Assembly (NCBI GenBank): GCA_963796685.1
Contig: CAWCMR010000025.1
Location: 1,472,001 to 1,536,000 of the forward strand
DNA: 64,000 nucleotides
DNA from: an uncultured delta proteobacterium
Lineage (GTDB): Bacteria > Myxococcota_A > Polyangia > Fen-1088
Direction: 5' to 3'
In this document: piece by piece, positions 50,808-60,629 of the stretch
Layout: every line of letters begins with the position of its first letter
Position numbering within the stretch: position 1 is the first letter of the stretch
Notes under the pieces: model-generated
What the model saw: the letters and a program-made list of their open reading frames with translations, nothing else
What the model was told of the DNA's origin: nothing
The model's database searches: none
Program-made: the position numbers and the translations under genes

Positions 50808-53552
50808 CTACTTTCTCTTGGCCAAATCCCCGGCGCGCACCTTGGCCAGCTTCTCGGGGTCGATGAATTGCCTGACCGCCGCGTTGACGTCGGCGACGGT
50901 CAGCTTCTCGATCTTGTCGTTGAGAGCCTTCCAGTAGGCGAACGTACGGCCAAGGTAGAGGCCCTGGTTGAGCTCGCCTATCACGAAGTCGTCCTCCGCG
51001 ATGCGACTTTGCCAAACCTTGGCGTAGCTCTTCTTGGCCTCGGCCAGCTCCTTCTCGCTTACGCCGGACTTCACCATGCCGTCGATCTCGGCGAGCAGTC
51101 CGGTCATCGCCCGGTCCATGTTGGCGGGCGCGGCGATGGCGCCGGCGAAGAAGAAACCGCTCTTGTCGATGGGGTGGGCCAGCATCTGCGAGAACGCGCC
51201 GTACGAGATCCCTTCCTTCTGGCGCAAGCGTAGGAACAGGCGCGAGGTCGGGCTGCCACCCAGCATGTAATTGAAGAGGGTAAGCGCCGGGTACGCCGGA
51301 TCGTCGTCGCGCGCCGCGAACGCCTGGCCAGCGGCGACGAAGGCCATTTCCTTGTCCGGTGTGTTGATGGTGTCGTCGGTGGGCTTGGTAGCGTGGAAGG
51401 GCAGCGGGATGCGCTGGTACGGCCTCGGCGACTTCCACGTGGCGATGGCCTTCGTGAGGTCGGCCTTCACCGCGGCCGGGTCGAAATCGCCGACCACCGA
51501 AAGCTGGGCCGCGCTCGAACCCCACAGGCGCCTGTGCAGCGATGCCAATTCCGTGGCGCTGACCTTGCGCAGCCGCTCGATGTCCTCCTTGACCGTGGGC
51601 GTGTAACGGACGTCGTCGGATGGGAAGGGCAAGAGCTGCTGCATGAGCGCGACGCTGGCGTTGGCGATGGGATCGGAGAGCTGCTCTTCCATCTTGGCCA
51701 GCATCTCGGCGCGCAGGGATTCGAAGTCCTTCTTGGCAAAGGCCGGCTCGCGCAGCATCTCGCCCAGCAGCGCGATGACGGCGGGCAGATTCTCGCGCAC
51801 CGTCTTGACGTGGACCTGGGCCACGTTGACGGTGCTCGGCGAGCCGTGACCGTGACCGAAAGTAACCTCGGCCTTGAGCAGGTCGAGCTTGTCCTTGAGC
51901 TGCTCGAAGCTGAGCTTGCGCGTCCCGCGCAGCAGCATTTCGGGCAGCATGTCGGCCGCCGCGACCTTGCCCTTGAGGTCGGCCGCGCCGCCGTAGCGCA
52001 CGGTCATGGCCAGCCGTACCTCGCCGCCCTTGGTCTTCTTGGGCAGCATCGCCAGCTGGAGACCGCCGGGAAGATCCTGGCGGGTTGTCCGCGCTTCGAT
52101 GTTGTCGACCGTGGCCACGAAGGCCTCGCCGGACTGCGACGGGGGCGCGCCTTTGTAGTCCTTGAGCATGGCAGCCACGTCGGGCACGGGCGGCAAGGGC
52201 GCCCGGTCCGGCTCCTTGGTCGGTTGGAAGAGGCCGAGGGTGCGGTTCGACGACTTGAGATAGGCCTTGGCCACGCGGGTGATGTCCTCGGCGGTGGTGG
52301 TTTTCACCCGGTCGCGCGTGAGGAAGAGCAGCCGCCAGTCGCCCATGGCCGCGAATTCGGACAGCACGACGCCGGCCTTGGCCGTTTCGGTCATGATGAG
52401 GTCGAACTCGCGGAAGAAGCCGGCGCGCCAGCGGTCTATTTCTTCCTTGGTGATGGTCGACGAGCCGAGCGACTCGGTGATGCCGGTCATGATGTCGCGA
52501 ACATCCTTGGCCGATGCGCCCTTGGCCACCTTGGCCGAGAACAGCATCACCCCCGGCTCGGCCATGGGATACGCGACGCCGCTGACCTCGCTGGCGATGC
52601 CCTTTTCGACGAGCGCCTTGTACAGGCGCCCGCTCGGTTTGTTGGTCAGGATGTCGACGATGGCATCTTCCGCCACCTTGTCGGGATCGGCCCCGGCCAC
52701 GCCATGGTAGGCCAGCTCGACGATGGCCACGTCGCCGTTTCTGCGCACGGTGACCTGTCGCTCGCCGTCCTGCACCGGCTCGACCGTCCAGGTCGGCGCC
52801 AGCTTGCGTGTCGGCCGCGGGATGGCGCCGAAGTACTTGGCCACCAGATCCAGGGCGTGCTTGTCGTCGAACTTGCCCGCGACGATCAGGATGGCGTTGT
52901 CGGGTTGGTAGTAGCGCTTGTAGAAGGCGCGCAGGTTCTCCGCAGGCACACGCTCGATGTCGCTGCGCGAGCCGATGGTGGCCTTGCCGTAGTTGTGCCA
53001 GCGGTAGGCCGTGGCCAAAACCTCGTCTTCCAGCACGATGTCGGGCTGGTTCTCGGACTTCTCGAGCTCGTTGCGCACGACCGAAAATTCCTTGGCCAGA
53101 TCCGAGGCCGCGATCTTGCTGTTGACCATGCGGTCCGCCTCCAGCCCCAGGGCGAAGTCCAGGTTCCCTGCGCTGGCGGGAAGCTCCTCGAAGTAGTTGG
53201 TGCGATCCCACCACGTCGTGCCGTTGAAGCTCGCGCCGTGATCCTGCAGCAGCTTCCACACGTCGGGATGGCTGGGCGTGCCCTTGAACATCATGTGCTC
53301 GAGAAGGTGCGCCATGCCGGTCTCGCCGTAGCCTTCGAGGCGCGAGCCGACGAGGTAGGTGATGTTGACGAGCACCGTGGGTTTGCTCTGATCCGGATAG
53401 AGGAGGACACGCAGTCCGTTGTCGAGGTGGTATTCGGTGATGCCTTCGACCGTGGTCACCTTGGTCAGGCGGGAGGGCGCGGACTCCGCCGCCAAGGCGG
53501 CCGTCGTGGAAAGGCAAAACGACAAGAGCGCGAGGCCAGGAAGTGAACGCAT
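50808..53552 (-). CDS. M16 family zinc peptidase (PqqL-like), secreted
   Basis: Signal peptide, LDNGLRV, GMAHLLEHMMFKGT (HxxEH), YYQPDNA, four-domain length. Confidence 0.93.
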   Translation of the reverse strand: MRSLPGLALLSFCLSTTAALAAESAPSRLTKVTTVEGITEYHLDNGLRVLLYPDQSKPTVLVNITYLVGSRLEGYGETGMAHLLEHMMFKGTPSHPDVWKLLQDHGASFNGTTWWDRTNYFEELPASAGNLDFALGLEADRMVNSKIAASDLAKEFSVVRNELEKSENQPDIVLEDEVLATAYRWHNYGKATIGSRSDIERVPAENLRAFYKRYYQPDNAILIVAGKFDDKHALDLVAKYFGAIPRPTRKLAPTWTVEPVQDGERQVTVRRNGDVAIVELAYHGVAGADPDKVAEDAIVDILTNKPSGRLYKALVEKGIASEVSGVAYPMAEPGVMLFSAKVAKGASAKDVRDIMTGITESLGSSTITKEEIDRWRAGFFREFDLIMTETAKAGVVLSEFAAMGDWRLLFLTRDRVKTTTAEDITRVAKAYLKSSNRTLGLFQPTKEPDRAPLPPVPDVAAMLKDYKGAPPSQSGEAFVATVDNIEARTTRQDLPGGLQLAMLPKKTKGGEVRLAMTVRYGGAADLKGKVAAADMLPEMLLRGTRKLSFEQLKDKLDLLKAEVTFGHGHGSPSTVNVAQVHVKTVRENLPAVIALLGEMLREPAFAKKDFESLRAEMLAKMEEQLSDPIANASVALMQQLLPFPSDDVRYTPTVKEDIERLRKVSATELASLHRRLWGSSAAQLSVVGDFDPAAVKADLTKAIATWKSPRPYQRIPLPFHATKPTDDTINTPDKEMAFVAAGQAFAARDDDPAYPALTLFNYMLGGSPTSRLFLRLRQKEGISYGAFSQMLAHPIDKSGFFFAGAIAAPANMDRAMTGLLAEIDGMVKSGVSEKELAEAKKSYAKVWQSRIAEDDFVIGELNQGLYLGRTFAYWKALNDKIEKLTVADVNAAVRQFIDPEKLAKVRAGDLAKRK

Positions 53553-53641
53553 GCTTTTCTCCTGGCCGGGACCATAACCCGGGCCGAAAAAAAGCGCTCG
53601 GAAAGCGCTCGGCCAAGCCAGGAGCCGAGCTTGTGGTGCTG

Positions 53642-53821
53642 CTAGCCCGAGAAGAATCGTTCGGAAAGCAACCGGCCGGCACCCAGCATGGCGATGGCCA
53701 GGCCCGCCGCGGCGAGCAGCGCGCCCAAGAGATCCACCGGCCGGCGCATGCCGGTGGCCAGCAGCACGCCCCACACGCACGCGGCGAGACCTAGCACGAC
53801 GAGGAACACGGCAAGGACCAT
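53642..53821 (-). CDS. 59-aa two-TM membrane protein
   Basis: MVLAVFLVVLGLAACVWGVLLATGMRRPVDLLGALLAAAGLAIAMLGAGRLLSERFFSG; fills the gap before manC. Confidence 0.62.
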   Translation of the reverse strand: MVLAVFLVVLGLAACVWGVLLATGMRRPVDLLGALLAAAGLAIAMLGAGRLLSERFFSG

Positions 53822-53857
53822 GGACTTGCGGCGGGATTCTTGATGTAAAGTCGCGCG

Positions 53858-54925
53858 ATGTCCACATCCGAAGCATTCGCTCTGATTCTCGCCGGCGGGG
53901 GCGGCACGCGCCTGTGGCCGTCCTCGCGGCGCAGCCGGCCCAAGCAGCTTCTGGCACTGGGGGGCAACGAGTCCCTGCTGGCCGGCACCTTCGGCCGGGT
54001 CAGCCGCGTCCTCGGCGTCGAACGTACGCTCATCGTCACGGCTGCGGATCAGGCCGAGGCGGTTCGCCGCGCCCTCCCCGAATTGCCCGCCGACAACCTG
54101 GTGGTCGAGCCGGCCGCGCGCAACACCGGACCGGCGGTCGGCCTGGGCGCGGTGACGGTGGCGCGCAGGGCGGGCGAGGGCGCGTGTCTGGCCATCTTGC
54201 CTTCGGACGCGTTCATCGCGAACGAGGCGGAGTTCGCGCGGGTCATGGGGACGGCGCTCGACCACGCTGGCGAAACCATCGTCACCATCGGCATCCAGCC
54301 AACCCGTCCCGAGACCGGCTACGGCTACCTCCAGCGCGGCGCCCTGGTGCGCGGCGGGGTCTTCGAGGTGGCCCGATTCGTGGAAAAGCCGGATCTGGCC
54401 ACGGCCGCGCGCTATCTCGGCGCCGGCGACTACCTGTGGAACTCGGGGATGTTCTTCTTCACCGCGGGACGCCTCTTCGACGAGGCCAAGCGGCACATGC
54501 CCGATCTGGCGGCCATCCTGGACGAGATTCGCCACAGCAGCGATCCGGCGGCCACCGCCGACGCTCGCTATCCGGCCGCCCCTAAGATCTCCATCGATTA
54601 CGGCATCATGGAGAAGGCCAGTGGCATTCGCGTGGTGCCCGGCAACTTCGGCTGGAACGACGTGGGCAGCTGGTCCGCCCTGTCGGACATTCGCGACAAA
54701 GACAAGGCTGGCAACGTGGTTTCCGGCGATGTAATCCTTAGCGCCGTGTCGGGCAGCGTGGTGGTGAGCGAACCGGGCGCACCGCTGGTGGGCGTCGTGG
54801 GCGTCGACGACCTGGTGGTCGTGGCGACCAAGGATGCCGTGCTGGTGGTGAGGAAGGATCGGGCACAGGAGGTGCGGGCCGTGGTGGACGCGCTTTCGGC
54901 AAGCAAACGCAACGAGCTTCTATAG
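53858..54925 (+). CDS. manC: Mannose-1-phosphate guanylyltransferase
   Basis: LAGGGGTRLWPSSR..PKQ, EPAARNT, ETGYGY, FVEKP, WNSG, SIDYGIME, WNDVGSW. Confidence 0.93.
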   Translation: MSTSEAFALILAGGGGTRLWPSSRRSRPKQLLALGGNESLLAGTFGRVSRVLGVERTLIVTAADQAEAVRRALPELPADNLVVEPAARNTGPAVGLGAVTVARRAGEGACLAILPSDAFIANEAEFARVMGTALDHAGETIVTIGIQPTRPETGYGYLQRGALVRGGVFEVARFVEKPDLATAARYLGAGDYLWNSGMFFFTAGRLFDEAKRHMPDLAAILDEIRHSSDPAATADARYPAAPKISIDYGIMEKASGIRVVPGNFGWNDVGSWSALSDIRDKDKAGNVVSGDVILSAVSGSVVVSEPGAPLVGVVGVDDLVVVATKDAVLVVRKDRAQEVRAVVDALSASKRNELL

Positions 54926-54936
54926 GTGACAAGGAA

Positions 54937-56313
54937 ATGAATCCGAGAGTCTTTCGCGAGTACGACATCCGGGGCGTGGCAGAGCGGGATTTTCCGGACG
55001 ACTTCGTGGCCGAGCTGGGCGACGCCATCGGCGAGCATCTCTTCGAGGCCGGCGCCCGCCGCATCACCCTGGCGCGCGACTGCCGCGTGTCGTCGCCGCG
55101 CATCCACAAGATCATCCGGGCACGCCTCTTGTCCGCGGGGTTGGACGTGCAGGACATCGGCGAGGTGCACACGCCGGGCCTGTATTTTTCCGTCTTTCAC
55201 CTCGAGGCCGACGGGGGGGTGATGATCACCGCCAGCCACAATCCCGAGGAGGACAACGGGTTCAAGATCATGCGCGGCAAGGGCACCATCTTCGGCGCCG
55301 AGATCCAGAAGCTGCGCGAGCGCATCGAGCGCAGGGCCTTTGGCGCCACCTTGTTGCCCATCCCGCCCGGCAAGGCCGAGGATGTCGATGTGCTCACGCC
55401 GTACATCGCGCATGTCGTGAACAACGTCGCGCTCGGACCGCGCCGGTTCAAGGTCGTGGTCGACGGAGGAAACGGCATGGGCGGCATCGCTTGCGTGCCC
55501 ATCCTGAGAAAGCTCGGCTTCGAGGTCGATGCCCTGTTCTGCGACCCCGATGGTCGCTTTCCCAACCACCACCCCGATCCCACGGTGCCCGAGAACCTGG
55601 CCGCGCTGGTGGCGCGCATCCGGGAGACCGGCGCCGAGATCGGCATTGCCCTCGACGGTGACGCCGACCGCATCGGCGTGGTGGACCCGGCGGGGCGCAT
55701 CGTGTGGGGCGATCAACTCTTGATGTTGTTCGCCCGCGAGATCCTGCGCGAGCGCCCGGGCGCGACCTTCGTCAGCGAGGTGAAGTGCAGCCAGGTGATG
55801 TACGACGACATCGCCGCGCACGGCGGTCGCGCCATCATGTGGAAGGTCGGCCACTCGCTCATCAAGACCAAGATGAAGGAAGAGAAGGCCGTGCTGGCCG
55901 GCGAGATGTCGGGCCACATGTTCTTCGCCGACCGCTACTTCGGCTTCGACGATGCCGTGTACGCCGCGGCCCGCGTGGTCGAGCTGCTCAGTCGCAGCAA
56001 AGTGCCTTTGTCCGTCATCATCGACGGGCTTCCCGTGGTGCACAACACGCCCGAGATCCGCATGGATTGCCCCGATGACCTCAAGTTCGAGGTCGTCCGC
56101 CGCGCGCGCGAGCACTACCAGGCTCTCTATCCGGTCTCCGACGTGGACGGCGCGCGCATCAGTTTTCGTGGCGGCTGGGGTCTGGTTCGCGCCTCCAACA
56201 CGGGCCCCATTCTCGTGCTCCGCTGCGAGGCGGAGAGCGCGGTCCGGCTTGCGGAAATTCGTGCCGATATCGAGGGAACGCTGGGCAAGATCAAGGCCGC
56301 TCTCGGGGCCTAG
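54937..56313 (+). CDS. Phosphomannomutase/phosphoglucomutase (AlgC-like)
   Basis: FREYDIRG, TASHNP, FPNHHPDP, DGDADR, GEMSGH, RASNT. Confidence 0.94.
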   Translation: MNPRVFREYDIRGVAERDFPDDFVAELGDAIGEHLFEAGARRITLARDCRVSSPRIHKIIRARLLSAGLDVQDIGEVHTPGLYFSVFHLEADGGVMITASHNPEEDNGFKIMRGKGTIFGAEIQKLRERIERRAFGATLLPIPPGKAEDVDVLTPYIAHVVNNVALGPRRFKVVVDGGNGMGGIACVPILRKLGFEVDALFCDPDGRFPNHHPDPTVPENLAALVARIRETGAEIGIALDGDADRIGVVDPAGRIVWGDQLLMLFAREILRERPGATFVSEVKCSQVMYDDIAAHGGRAIMWKVGHSLIKTKMKEEKAVLAGEMSGHMFFADRYFGFDDAVYAAARVVELLSRSKVPLSVIIDGLPVVHNTPEIRMDCPDDLKFEVVRRAREHYQALYPVSDVDGARISFRGGWGLVRASNTGPILVLRCEAESAVRLAEIRADIEGTLGKIKAALGA

Positions 56314-56317
56314 CTCT

Positions 56318-56422
56318 GGCCAGCACGATTTTGCCATGGGTGGCCAGGCGCCCGCGGGCTCGGGATTTTGGGCCGCACGTGCTTGCATTCTTCGGTGACA
56401 AGGCAGCACAATCGTGCTGGCC
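56318..56422. repeat. Element bounded by a 13-bp perfect inverted repeat
   Basis: GGCCAGCACGATT (56318-56330) and AATCGTGCTGGCC (56410-56422). Confidence 0.6.
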
Positions 56423-56526
56423 GTGACATACTTTCGACGCCTTGGGCTTGGCGACGGATCGCCCGGTCCTGTTTGGAGTTGAGCAGCTGGCGATAGGTCC
56501 ATCAATCTTCACCAGGAGATGCGGTC

Positions 56527-57231
56527 ATGAACACTCTGCGAGTATGCGCCACCGTCGGATTGGGACTGTCGCTTGTCCTTGGGATTGGCTGCAGCAGCAG
56601 CTCGAAGTCGGGCAATGCCGACGGTAGCACCCGAGACACGCGAAGATCGGACGGCCCCCAGAGCTACTTCGGCCCGGACACGACCACGACCTCGGCCCAA
56701 GCCTGCACCACCCTCGATGGCACCAAGGTGCAGCCTGGCAAATCCATCGTCATCGACTGCGTCACCTGGACTTGCGTGAGCGGCACGAACTTCAACGGAA
56801 CCGGAACGTCTTGCGCGGATGCCGGACGCACGACGGATGTGGCCGTGAAGCGCGACACCGCCTCGCCCGCCGATGCGCGTCCCGACGAGGCCGGTGTGGC
56901 CAGCGATGGCGGCGGCAAGGACACGCAGCCCGGTCTGGATGTCGGTGGCAAGGACACCAGCCTCCCCGAGGTGTCTATCCCCCTCGACACTGCTCCGCCA
57001 GAGCTGGACGTTGCAGTAGTCGAGGACACCGCGCAGCCAGAGCCCGATCTGCCTGTTCTGGTCGACGACACAGCGCCACCGGTCACGTGCACGTACGCCA
57101 CCGGGCAAACCTACGGCCTTGGCGTACAGTTTCCGTGCGGTTGCAAGACTTGTGAGTGCGACGTGAACGTGAGCTCCGGTAGCGGGATAATCAACATTGT
57201 CGCGGACAACTGCGCCGTAGACGCCCAGTAG
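56527..57231 (+). CDS. Lipoprotein with two small Cys modules (VWC/pacifastin-like) and an Asp-rich linker
   Basis: AGGAG RBS, lipobox GIGC, C...G....DC..WTC and C.Y..G..Y..G..F...C..C.C. Confidence 0.72.
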   Translation: MNTLRVCATVGLGLSLVLGIGCSSSSKSGNADGSTRDTRRSDGPQSYFGPDTTTTSAQACTTLDGTKVQPGKSIVIDCVTWTCVSGTNFNGTGTSCADAGRTTDVAVKRDTASPADARPDEAGVASDGGGKDTQPGLDVGGKDTSLPEVSIPLDTAPPELDVAVVEDTAQPEPDLPVLVDDTAPPVTCTYATGQTYGLGVQFPCGCKTCECDVNVSSGSGIINIVADNCAVDAQ

Positions 57232-57304
57232 ATCGGCTGGAGAATGGGGTTGCCCGATGGCCTGCTGATCAGGTGAGCAGGCTACGCGGAAGTCAGCGAC
57301 CCCG

Positions 57305-59411
57305 TCACGGCACCGGGCCGGAGGATGTGTAGATGAATCCGCCGAAGGTAGTGGCTACCAGCTTAGTGCCGTCCGCCGACGATGCGAGGCCAATCCAGTT
57401 CTGCGACGTTCCTCGCTGGGACCAGGTGGCTCCGGAGTCCGTCGAGGTGTAGATGTAGCCAGGGTCGACGGACGTGGCCAGCTTGGTGCCGTCAGCAGAG
57501 GAGGCGATCCCCTGCCCCCACTGTTGTGATGTGCCGTTTTGCGACCACGTCAGCCCCGAGTTGGTCGAGATATAGATGAAGTCGGCCGTAGCCACGGCGA
57601 TCAGCCTGGTGCCATCGCTAGACGATGCGACCCCTTTCCATTGTTGCGACGTTCCTCGCTGTGTCCATGTTGCACCAAAGTCTGTCGAAGTGTAGAGAAA
57701 TCCACCGTTGACTAGGGCGATGAGACTCTTGCCATCCGCGGACGACGCAACGCCGTACCACACTTGCGATGTGCCCCTTTGGGACCAGGTGGCTCCTGAG
57801 TCGGTTGAAGTGTAGATGAATCCACTATTGGCCACAGCGACGAGGTTGCTCCCGTCAGCGGACGACGCGACACCCTGCCATGAATGGGAGCTGGCCCGCT
57901 GGGACCAGGTGGCTCCTGAGTCCGTCGAGGTTAGGATGTAACTTCCTGCGCTCCCGGCTATCAGTTTGCTGCCATCGGCAGACGATGCGAGGCGATTCCA
58001 AAAGTTGGGTGCTACCTCTTGGCGACCACGTGCTGCCGGAGTCCGCCGACGTGTAGATGTCGCCACCCAGAACACCGGCAACAAGTTTGGTGCCGTCAGC
58101 GGACGATGCGACCCCTTCCCACATTTGGGAAGTTCCCTGTTGCGTCCAAGTGACTCCAGCCATTGCAACACAGGCGCCGACGTCGTTGGTCAACTGGTCC
58201 GTAGGGCATGGTGAATTCACAACACAGTTACCCGTCCCGCTGTTGTGGTAGCCAGTCGTGCAGGAGTAAGACGGTGTGCAGGTTCCTGTGCCACCGTTAT
58301 GGTAAGCACTGGAACACGTTCCGTTCGTAACACAGCCGCCAGCGCCGCCGTCATGGTAGCCGCTGGAGCACATTCCGCTGGCCACGCAAAGGCCAGTGCC
58401 ACCATCGTGGTAGCCGGTGGAGCAGGTACCGCTAGCCACGCAAACGCCAGCGCCACCGTCGTGATAGTCGGTGGAACACGTGCCGCTATTGACGCAAGCC
58501 CCAGCGCCGCCGTCGTGGTAGCCAGAGGCGCACGTACCGCTAGCGACGCAAATTCCATCCCCGCCGTCATGATAGCTGTCTGGGCAAGTCCCGACCGCAA
58601 CACAGACGCCAGCACCGCCCTCGTGGAAATTCGGCGAGCATTGCCCCATGGCCACGCAGACGCCGTTGCCGCCGTCATGGTAGTTGGTGGCGCAGCCGCT
58701 TTGCACGCACGTCCCCGCGCCGTTGTCGTGGTACTCAGGTGAACAGAGGCCATTCCCCACGCACGCGCCATCCCCGCCGTTGTGGTAGCCAAGGGCGCAA
58801 CCGCTGGGCACACATAGACCGGTTCCGTCGTCGTGCATGGACGATACACAGCCTGTCGGTACGTCAAGCACGGACGAATCGAGTACAACCGTAGTTGAAC
58901 CGTCAATTCCACCGGTCGTCGAGTCGGAGGTGTCGGTACTGGTTCCTTTGTCTGCATTCTCGTCGACAGGGCTGCCGCCTCCTGTATCACCACCGCCGCC
59001 ACTTTCTAGGCCTCCGGTCCCACCCGCTCCGCTGCCGTCCGCGCCACCGCTACCGCTCGTGGGGACGTCGATGGCAGCGCCAGCTTCCGGCAAGGTCGGG
59101 CCATGCGAATCGATGGTTGAACTGTCGATCTGCGGACCGCTCGTGTCATCCAAGGCCCTCGAATCGATTCCGCTCGCGGTTCCGGCCTCGGTACTCCCGG
59201 CATCAATGCCTAGCGCACACATCCAAGCTCCACTGGCTCGCGTGCATGCATAGCCGCTCGGGCAGGATGTCCTGTCTTCCGGTTGACATGGGATCTTCGA
59301 CGGCTCAAGACTATGAAAGCAACCGGCCACCAAGGCTCCCACCAACACGACGGCCGGTGAGTAACGGTGCCAGCGAACGGACGTGGATTGGGATAGACGT
59401 TTCAAATCCAT
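57305..59411 (-). CDS. Lipoprotein with 12 His/Cys repeats and a 7-bladed Asp-box beta-propeller; frameshift in the A4 run at 58000-58003
   Basis: Lipobox VAGC; CxxGYHDGGxGxCV repeats; W.GVASSADG.KL....G.IYTSTDSGATW blades; the two ORFs join after a 1-nt correction; TGATG coupling to the upstream gene. Confidence 0.8.
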
Positions 59412-60220
59412 CAAAAGGCTCCGAGAAGGACAGCACCGGGGCTGCCAGCAACGGCCGCTGGCGCGACGGTCGCGGTGCCAGCATTCCAACCCAGAAAGTA
59501 GAGAACCGCACCGCCGGCTAGGCAGACAGCGCCTGCGCCATACCCGACCAGAACCAAGGACTTGGTGGTCTTGTTCGATGAGTCCCTATTTGGGTCGTAG
59601 TGGCGTTGCAAATCGTCGATCGTGTTGTTGTACTTGATGTTCAGAACGAGGCCAGCGATCAAAACCGCGGCACCGACAGACGCCGTCAGGATACCGGCCG
59701 TTCGCAGAGTGGAACCTTGCGCCTCTGTACTGGTAGTGCCCATGGGTTGAGCGACGACAACGCGGACTGGATTGGTGGGAGCAGGTCCCGGCGGCACGGC
59801 CAAGGACGGGTTCACTGGCACGGCTGGTTCCACTGCCCCAGGTCTTGCGCGCCCTGCCTCATCCTTGCCGAGCAGGGCTTGGCAATCGGCGATGTGTTTC
59901 TCCGCATCCGCGCGGTCCGTGGCGTCCGCATCCTTGGCCTTTCGTAGGTACTCGCGGAATCTCGCGACGGCGTCTGCGCAGCGGCTATTCTGCTCGAAGC
60001 AGCGCCCCTGATTGAAGATGTAGGTCGGGTCATTGGTGTCGAGATACAAGTCGACTAACAGCCCGACGCCCTTGACCGGATCGCCGGTGAGGCATGCTCG
60101 CTTGGCCGCGCGTTCTTTCGTTTCCCTGCTCCCCGCCGACGCATTAGGCAGCATCAGCACGAACGAAATCCAGAAGACCGAAAATCTCAGGCTACGCACA
60201 TTTCGCACTGTTCTTCCCAT
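59411..60220 (-). CDS. Secreted TPR-like protein with C-terminal hydrophobic segments
   Basis: Signal peptide, IFNQGRCFEQ...A...FREYL TPR pattern, Pro linker, Gly/Ala-rich hydrophobic stretches, terminal GAF. Confidence 0.75.
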   Translation of the reverse strand: MGRTVRNVRSLRFSVFWISFVLMLPNASAGSRETKERAAKRACLTGDPVKGVGLLVDLYLDTNDPTYIFNQGRCFEQNSRCADAVARFREYLRKAKDADATDRADAEKHIADCQALLGKDEAGRARPGAVEPAVPVNPSLAVPPGPAPTNPVRVVVAQPMGTTSTEAQGSTLRTAGILTASVGAAVLIAGLVLNIKYNNTIDDLQRHYDPNRDSSNKTTKSLVLVGYGAGAVCLAGGAVLYFLGWNAGTATVAPAAVAGSPGAVLLGAF

Positions 60221-60629
60221 GACTTATGGCGCCATTACGCTTCCGCGATGCTGTCCCAAATCCGCTCGGCACGCAAGGGTGTGGATGGCACATACCCATG
60301 GGCACGGCACCGGCTCCCGCGGCCCTGTCGCTGCACGACTCCTCTCTTAAGCTCGTCTCCGGTCGATTGGATTCGCAAAGTGCAGTGTCCTGAGCACCTC
60401 CTTCACTAAGACGGTGATCGTTCCTTCGGGCCGCGGCAGTCCGAGTAACACCGTCTCGCTGGCGTCCCAAGCCGCTTAACGCAATCAGACTTTGCCCGCC
60501 GTGGTCAATCCCATCTCCCTTATCAGGCTCGGCGGCGAACGGATCGCGCGGGTACGACGTAGATCGCCAGGATGGCTCCTTTTCCGTGGGCTCTCGTTCA
60601 GCGCTATGGGATCATTCCGCCGCCCTGCG

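Noticed and set aside
58168-58850. Multiheme cytochrome c
   Set aside because: Cys and His are spaced C-x4-H-x6-C, never CxxCH.
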